From NCBI GenBank assembly GCA_963664875.1, contig OY761611.1, positions 3,584,001-3,648,000 of the forward strand: DNA of 64,000 bases, read 5' to 3'. Below, in pieces: positions 58,794 to 64,000 of this stretch. Origin of the DNA: Candidatus Kapaibacterium sp. (GTDB lineage: Bacteria; Bacteroidota; Ignavibacteria; Kapaibacteriales; UBA2268). Within the stretch, counting starts at the first letter, position 1; every line of letters starts with the position of its first letter. Under the pieces are notes generated by a model. The model had not been told where the DNA came from. It saw only the letters and a program-made list of their open reading frames with translations, and ran no database searches. A program made the position numbers and the translations under genes.

Positions 58794-59897
58794 ATGAGAA
58801 CTTACATTCCTGTCGAATTGCCTTTGAAAGATTTAGATTTCAAAAGGCTGCTTGGTATTGTTGCAAAGGCAAATGCAGAGCTTGCAAGGTACGACGGTCT
58901 CCTAAGTGGTATAGTAAATCCTGCAGTTTTGCTTTCACCGCTGACCACTCAGGAAGCAGTGCTATCTTCAAGAATTGAGGGTACGCAGGCTACTTTAGAC
59001 GAAGTCTTTGAGTTGGAAGCCGGTATGCAAAAAACAGAAATCATAGTAATGGATATACACGAAATCCAAAACTACAGAAAAGCTCTGATGCTGGGAGCAG
59101 ATTATCTATTGGATATGCCTATAACTCTTCCGCTAATCAGGCAGATGCATAAAGTGCTTTTAGATAGTGTGCGAGGTGCGGACAAAACGCCCGGTCACTT
59201 TCGGAAAGATCAAAATTGGATAGGGACACCGGGAACGCCTATCGAAGATGCTACTTTTGTGCCGCCTAATCCGTTTATTGTGGAAGAATACCTCAATAAA
59301 TGGATAAACTACATTAGAGCATCAGACATAGATGATTTGATTCAGCTTGCTATAGTTCATGCTCAATTTGAGCTGATACACCCGTTTAATGACGGTAACG
59401 GAAGAATCGGACGCTTGCTGATACCTCTGTTTTTGTACCACAAAAATGTGCTTAGCAGCCCTATGTTTTACCTAAGTGCATATTTAGAAAGACACAGAGA
59501 AGAATACTACGAATCATTGAGAATAATTTCCGAAAGAGGAGATTGGAACCAATGGATAGAGTTTTTCTTAAATGGAATTAGAGTGCAGGCAATGCATAAT
59601 TCCCAAAAAGTCAGAGATATAATGAATCTGTATGATAAAATGAAAACTGTGATTCAGGATATTACACACTCGCAGTATTCATTTAAAATCATAGATGCAA
59701 TATTCGATAAACCGATATTTAGCACTACTGATTTTATCAAAACTACCGGTATATCTAAGCAGTCAGCTTCTAAGTTCCTCACTGCACTAAAAGACAGAGA
59801 GCTGATAGCGATAATGCAAGAAGCAAGCGGCAGAAAGCCGGCAGTCCATATCTTCAGAGAGCTTATCAATATAGCAGAAGGCAAAACAGTAATCTAA
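58794..59897 (+). CDS. Fic family protein (N-terminal inhibitory SxxxEG motif, C-terminal wHTH)
   Basis: SSRIEGT, HPFNDGNGRIGR and a C-terminal TGISKQSASKFLTAL HTH; AGGAG RBS. Confidence 0.95.
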   Translation: MRTYIPVELPLKDLDFKRLLGIVAKANAELARYDGLLSGIVNPAVLLSPLTTQEAVLSSRIEGTQATLDEVFELEAGMQKTEIIVMDIHEIQNYRKALMLGADYLLDMPITLPLIRQMHKVLLDSVRGADKTPGHFRKDQNWIGTPGTPIEDATFVPPNPFIVEEYLNKWINYIRASDIDDLIQLAIVHAQFELIHPFNDGNGRIGRLLIPLFLYHKNVLSSPMFYLSAYLERHREEYYESLRIISERGDWNQWIEFFLNGIRVQAMHNSQKVRDIMNLYDKMKTVIQDITHSQYSFKIIDAIFDKPIFSTTDFIKTTGISKQSASKFLTALKDRELIAIMQEASGRKPAVHIFRELINIAEGKTVI

Positions 59898-59900
59898 AAT

Positions 59901-59965
59901 CCTTTGTGTCCACAAAATCGCAAAATCGTGGACACAAAATGTTTTGTGTATATTTGGGGTGACAC
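59901..59965 (+). repeat. GTGTCC-N18-GGACAC repeat, copy 4
   Basis: Core identical to copy 3; fills the whole gap between the convergent fic and HEPN stops. Confidence 0.9.
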
Positions 59966-61593
59966 TAAAGCTTTTTTTCTAATAATGTAAAAAAAATAGC
60001 ACTATCTTGCTCAACATCTTTAGTTGCTTCATAACGTATGCAAAAAACATAATTAAATATTGCTGATGCTGTTAGATGTAAAAGGTGTTCAGTTTTTTCT
60101 CTGAATTCTTTTACTTCGACTACTTGGAATAATCCTTCATTTTTTATATATGGAGAAGTTATTTCAGAATTTGTATTACCATTTTGAGTTAGAATCAGAA
60201 GATTATGCTCTAAATTATTTCGCCATTTTTTGTAATCGCTTAATTTCCCATTCTTGTTTAAATCTGATGCTAAAGAATATAGTGCAGTAATGAATGGGTT
60301 TTCTATAGTTTTGATTGCATCCCATCTCTCGTCGGTATTATTTTTCTTGTTTGGTATTTTCCAAAAACTATCAAAATAAAGATTTTCATTCAAATCTTTG
60401 GATAGATTGAAATAAGTGCAGATAGCCTTAGCTATCTTATCAAGAATACCAAAGCAAAGCCGAAAACTATTTCTAAGCATTTCTGATTTTGCTCCAATAA
60501 ACTCATTTTCGTTGAGTTCTGTATAAGTAATTTCTTTATCAATACTAGTACTTATATCATCATTCTCTGAAATACTCTCAAAAAACATCCATCTTGCTAA
60601 ACCAAATTCAGATTTAATGCGATTAAGAATTAGTTCTGATTCTCCTATAAGTTCGCCTTGTACCTCGACTGCAGTTATAACTAAATCATCACTTGAAGCA
60701 GCATTGCAATTGCAATATAAAGCGTGTTCGTTTAGAGCAAGTTTATTTTTTATGCAAAACAGTCTATAAGGAGAATGATTTTTAGCTTCTTCTTCTGACA
60801 ATTTAGTTTCGTGTACACGTGAAGAATAATCATAACCTTGTTGGTTAAGAAAATCATCATAAACATCACTGAGTTTTTTGGCACGTTTAGCATAATCCTT
60901 TGGAAGTGATTGATTTTGACTATCTTTATACCCTATATATATTTGAAACATCAGCTCTAAAGTACTATGTTGAGTATTCATTCTCAAAAATTGTAAACTA
61001 TTTGCTCTGTTATAATTGGCTTGTGGGAATGTTGGAGCTTGGGATAGAATCAAATCATAAAAATATAGAGACTCTATAATTCTTCCAAGTGAATAAAAAG
61101 TATTTGCTATATTATTATACAATTTTAAAGGTGGTGCAATTCCTTCTTTTAAAACAGATTGGAGAGACTGCAAATGATGATTTTTAGCTTCTATTAGAAG
61201 ATTGATTTCTTTAGGAATCTGAAACTTATCATAGTCGTCCGTTTGATTTGTAATTTTATAAAGTCCTTGTTTTGCATTGCCCATAATGTAGTGATAACTT
61301 TCTTCACTCACCAAACTATTAGACTTATACACCTCTTCAAATAGCTGAACTCCATTATTGATAACATCTTCTAATCCACCCTCTGATCCAATATCAATCA
61401 TACGTAATATTAATTCACCTCTATATAATTGAGAAACTTCCTCTTCGTAGTCAAAGAGTTGACCTAATCGTTCCTCTACAATTTTTAAAGCATCACAATA
61501 CTTACATTCATTCAGTAATAAATTTATCGAATCAAGTATATCTTTATCTTTCTCAGTTAGCTTGTCAATATATTGTTGATTTGGATTTTCCAT
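59965..61593 (-). CDS. TPR + LA2681-like HEPN domain protein (putative RNase/defence protein)
   Basis: TPR-like helices; LALN.H..C.C...DDL, NRIKSEF..AR, LRNSFR..FGILDKIA and the RNNLEH (Rx4H) HEPN motif; very low GC. Confidence 0.8.
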   Translation of the reverse strand: MENPNQQYIDKLTEKDKDILDSINLLLNECKYCDALKIVEERLGQLFDYEEEVSQLYRGELILRMIDIGSEGGLEDVINNGVQLFEEVYKSNSLVSEESYHYIMGNAKQGLYKITNQTDDYDKFQIPKEINLLIEAKNHHLQSLQSVLKEGIAPPLKLYNNIANTFYSLGRIIESLYFYDLILSQAPTFPQANYNRANSLQFLRMNTQHSTLELMFQIYIGYKDSQNQSLPKDYAKRAKKLSDVYDDFLNQQGYDYSSRVHETKLSEEEAKNHSPYRLFCIKNKLALNEHALYCNCNAASSDDLVITAVEVQGELIGESELILNRIKSEFGLARWMFFESISENDDISTSIDKEITYTELNENEFIGAKSEMLRNSFRLCFGILDKIAKAICTYFNLSKDLNENLYFDSFWKIPNKKNNTDERWDAIKTIENPFITALYSLASDLNKNGKLSDYKKWRNNLEHNLLILTQNGNTNSEITSPYIKNEGLFQVVEVKEFREKTEHLLHLTASAIFNYVFCIRYEATKDVEQDSAIFFTLLEKKL

Positions 61594-61684
61594 AGTATTT
61601 CCTGAGTAAAGTGTCTATATTTAGATTATATAATAATCAATATTTACAACATATAATAGTTAATAATCCAATCTTATCACAAAA

Positions 61685-61714
61685 AAAGGCAGCTGTCCAA
61701 AAACACCTGCCTTT
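61685..61714 (-). terminator. Intrinsic terminator after ahcY
   Basis: AAAGGCAG...CTGCCTTT preceded by an A run. Confidence 0.65.
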
Positions 61715-61757
61715 CTTCTTTAAAATCTTAATTCCTAATTCCTAATTCCTAATTGAA

Positions 61758-63071
61758 TTAAGTTCCTGCGTTATAGTCTGTTATATAAGCTATTTGCTCA
61801 GGAGTAAGTTTGTCGAGTTTCATGCCCATAGATTCAATTTTTGTATTAGCGATGAATTCATCTTGCTCAGCAGGCAATTCGATAACTTCATTAGGAAGTT
61901 TTACGCCATTTTTGTGAGCTTCAGCCAATTTGATGTGTGACATGAACTGATTAGCAAAAGACATATCCATTACTTCTGATGGGTGACCTTCTGCAGCAGC
62001 TAAGTTAACCAAGCGACCCTGAGCCAAAAGATATAATCTTCTGCCGTCTTGCATCACGTATTCTTCGCAGTTGCGTCTGATTTCACGTTTAGAAACAGCA
62101 AGAGATTCTAATTCAGGGATGTTGATTTCTGCATCGTAGTGACCTGTGTTACAGATAATAGCACCGTCTCTCATTGATTCGAAGTGACGTTTACGGATAA
62201 TATCTTTTACGCCTGTAGCTGTAACGAAAATATCGCCAACTTTAGCAGCTTCGTCCATAGGCATCACTTCATGACCTTCCAAAGTAGCTTTCACAGCAGC
62301 AGTAGCTTTTACTTCAGTACAGATTGTGTTTGCACCCATGCCTTTAGCACGTTTAGCAACACCTGAACCGCAGTGACCATGACCGCCAACAACAATATTT
62401 TTACCTGCAAGCAACACAGAAGTTGCGCGGATGATACCGTCAAGAGTAGATTGACCTGTACCATAAACGTTATCAAAGTCCCATTTAGTTTCTGCATCAT
62501 TCACAGCATAAACAGGGTAGTACAATTTACCTGCTTCAGCTCTTGCACGCAATCTTTGGATACCTGTAGTAGTTTCTTCAGTACCGCCGATAACGTGGTT
62601 ATGAGCCATATCTTCATATTTTTCGTGTACTGTGTTAATCAAATCGCAACCATCATCCAACGTCAAATGAGGTTTTTTGTCGATAGTGCGTTCGATACAC
62701 CAGTAGAAATCTTCGTGGTTGCCGTACCATGCGAAGATAGAGATACCTTCTTCAGCAAGAGCAGCAGCAACAGCATCATTAGTAGAAAGCGGGTTACAAC
62801 CTGACCAAGTCACTTCAGCACCTGCAGCCGCAAGAGTGCGGATAAGGATACCTGTTTCTTTAGTTACGTGCAAGCAACCTGCGATTGTATAACCTTTTAG
62901 AGGTTTAGTTACTTCATATTCTTTTCTAAGTTTAGCAAGAACGGGCATTCTAGAGTCAGCCCAATCTAATAATTTTCTGCCTTCTTCAGCAAGAGAAAGG
63001 TCGCGGACACAATATTGTCCGGGCACTTCATCAAACTTGCCTTGAGCAGCTTTTGCAGGATAATCAGCCAT
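61758..63071 (-). CDS. ahcY: Adenosylhomocysteinase
   Basis: GCLHVT.ET, CNPLST, LDDG.DL, EETTTG, FDNVYGTGQS, GRLVNL and GHPSEVMDMSF. Confidence 0.97.
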   Translation of the reverse strand: MADYPAKAAQGKFDEVPGQYCVRDLSLAEEGRKLLDWADSRMPVLAKLRKEYEVTKPLKGYTIAGCLHVTKETGILIRTLAAAGAEVTWSGCNPLSTNDAVAAALAEEGISIFAWYGNHEDFYWCIERTIDKKPHLTLDDGCDLINTVHEKYEDMAHNHVIGGTEETTTGIQRLRARAEAGKLYYPVYAVNDAETKWDFDNVYGTGQSTLDGIIRATSVLLAGKNIVVGGHGHCGSGVAKRAKGMGANTICTEVKATAAVKATLEGHEVMPMDEAAKVGDIFVTATGVKDIIRKRHFESMRDGAIICNTGHYDAEINIPELESLAVSKREIRRNCEEYVMQDGRRLYLLAQGRLVNLAAAEGHPSEVMDMSFANQFMSHIKLAEAHKNGVKLPNEVIELPAEQDEFIANTKIESMGMKLDKLTPEQIAYITDYNAGT

Positions 63072-63177
63072 ATCTGTTTACCTATTTTTATGTTAAAACG
63101 ATGTTTTTTTCTAATTTAAGTGGTTTGGATAGTTTATATATATCTTTAGAGGACATATAAATAGTAAAGATTCTTAT

Positions 63178-63353
63178 CCACCCCGCCTTCGCTAAGCTCA
63201 GGCACCCCTCAAGAGGGGAATTTGATTCTTTTTAATTTGAGTAAAGAATTATACATTGTGTTTATCATCTGTAAAAAGTATGTTTTTGCAATTTTCCATT
63301 CCCCTTTCCATTCCCCTCTTGAGGGGTGGCACGTAGAAGACGTGACGGGGTGG
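63178..63353. repeat. Inverted REP pair (CCCCTCAAGAGGGG family) between metK and ahcY
   Basis: CCACCCCG..CACCCCTCAAGAGGGGAA and TTCCCCTCTTGAGGGGTG..CGGGGTGG; shares TGGCACGT.GAAGACGTG.CG with 47867-47892. Confidence 0.8.
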
Positions 63354-63428
63354 AAAAATTCCACACCATTTGCCAGAAAACCACTTTTAGTATGATACTA
63401 TACATAAAGACTTAAGAATCTACAAATC

Positions 63429-64000
63429 TTACCCAAAATTCTTTTTAAGCTGTTCTACCAAAGTAAGCTGTTCCCAAGGGAAATGATCGCGACCAAAGTG
63501 ACCATAAGCAGCAGTTTCTCTGAATATAGGTTTTCTAAGGTCTAAGCGTTCGATAATTCCTTTAGGAGTTAAATCTATATTTTTAGCTATATAATCTGAT
63601 AGCTCAATAGAGTCAATTTTAGATGTACCGTGTGTGTCCACAAATACTGAAACAGGTTCCGCTACACCGATTGCATAAGAAAGCTGCAAAGTACATTCTT
63701 TAGCTAAGCCCGCAGCCACAATGTTTTTAGCAATATGGCGAGCAGCGTAAGCCGCAGATCTGTCAACTTTTGTAGAATCTTTACCGGAGAACGCACCACC
63801 ACCGTGAGGAGCTCTACCGCCGTAAGTATCTACAATGATTTTACGACCTGTAAGACCTGTGTCACCATGAGGACCACCGATTACAAATTTACCTGTTGGG
63901 TTAACGTGCAATTTTGTGTTTTCATCAAGCAATTCGGCAGGAATAATAGCTTTTACAACGTGTTCGAAAACATCATCTCTGATTGTTTTTTGATCCACAT
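63429..64000 (-). CDS. metK: S-adenosylmethionine synthetase (5'-truncated by window)
   Basis: [47 protein letters not shown] and TAAYGHFGR. Confidence 0.97.
   Translation of the reverse strand, partial: VDQKTIRDDVFEHVVKAIIPAELLDENTKLHVNPTGKFVIGGPHGDTGLTGRKIIVDTYGGRAPHGGGAFSGKDSTKVDRSAAYAARHIAKNIVAAGLAKECTLQLSYAIGVAEPVSVFVDTHGTSKIDSIELSDYIAKNIDLTPKGIIERLDLRKPIFRETAAYGHFGRDHFPWEQLTLVEQLKKNFG

Noticed and set aside
53058-59965. CRISPR array or classical integron
   Set aside because: The repeats are 1.4-3.7 kb apart with genes between them, there are no cas or intI genes, and no convincing attC RYYYAAC...GTTRRRY ends were seen.
61729-61754. TAATTCC heptamer x3 after ahcY
   Set aside because: Too short and low-complexity to support any function.
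63072-63428. SAM/SAH riboswitch between metK and ahcY
   Set aside because: The structure is explained by a REP-type inverted repeat also seen elsewhere; no riboswitch consensus was recognised.

Overview
AT-rich (roughly 35-37% GC by eye) bacterial chromosomal window. T9SS C-terminal sorting domains, a moxR/DUF58/batA cluster and TAnnTTTG-like promoters point to the Bacteroidota/Chlorobi/Ignavibacteria-Kapabacteria group (inference). The backbone is housekeeping: manC, lepB-lepA, a long RSH, moxR-batA, pepT, mtaB, pgi/pmi, rpsU, aminotransferase-pckA, nrdJ, ahcY and metK. The accessory structure is rich. (1) An ECF sigma factor is translationally coupled to a membrane protein with anti-sigma topology that ends in a T9SS sorting domain. 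(2) A 53-61.6 kb island is partitioned by four copies of a GTGTCC-N18-GGACAC palindromic repeat, with a fifth degenerate copy in the fic promoter. It carries a small secreted protein/propeller/CxxC/T9SS operon, a DUF2279-like gene, a Fic-wHTH gene and a TPR-HEPN (LA2681-like) gene. (3) An ISAs1 element with a 10-bp target duplication cuts the IPTL-CTERM anchor off a large surface protein. (4) A DUF805 gene is flanked by a duplication of the nrdJ 3' end whose coding differences are synonymous. (5) A REP-associated Y1 transposase has dispersed REP copies, and there are nested MITE-like composite repeats. No rRNA, tRNA or CRISPR array was recognised. All family assignments come from motif recognition by eye; no database searches were run.
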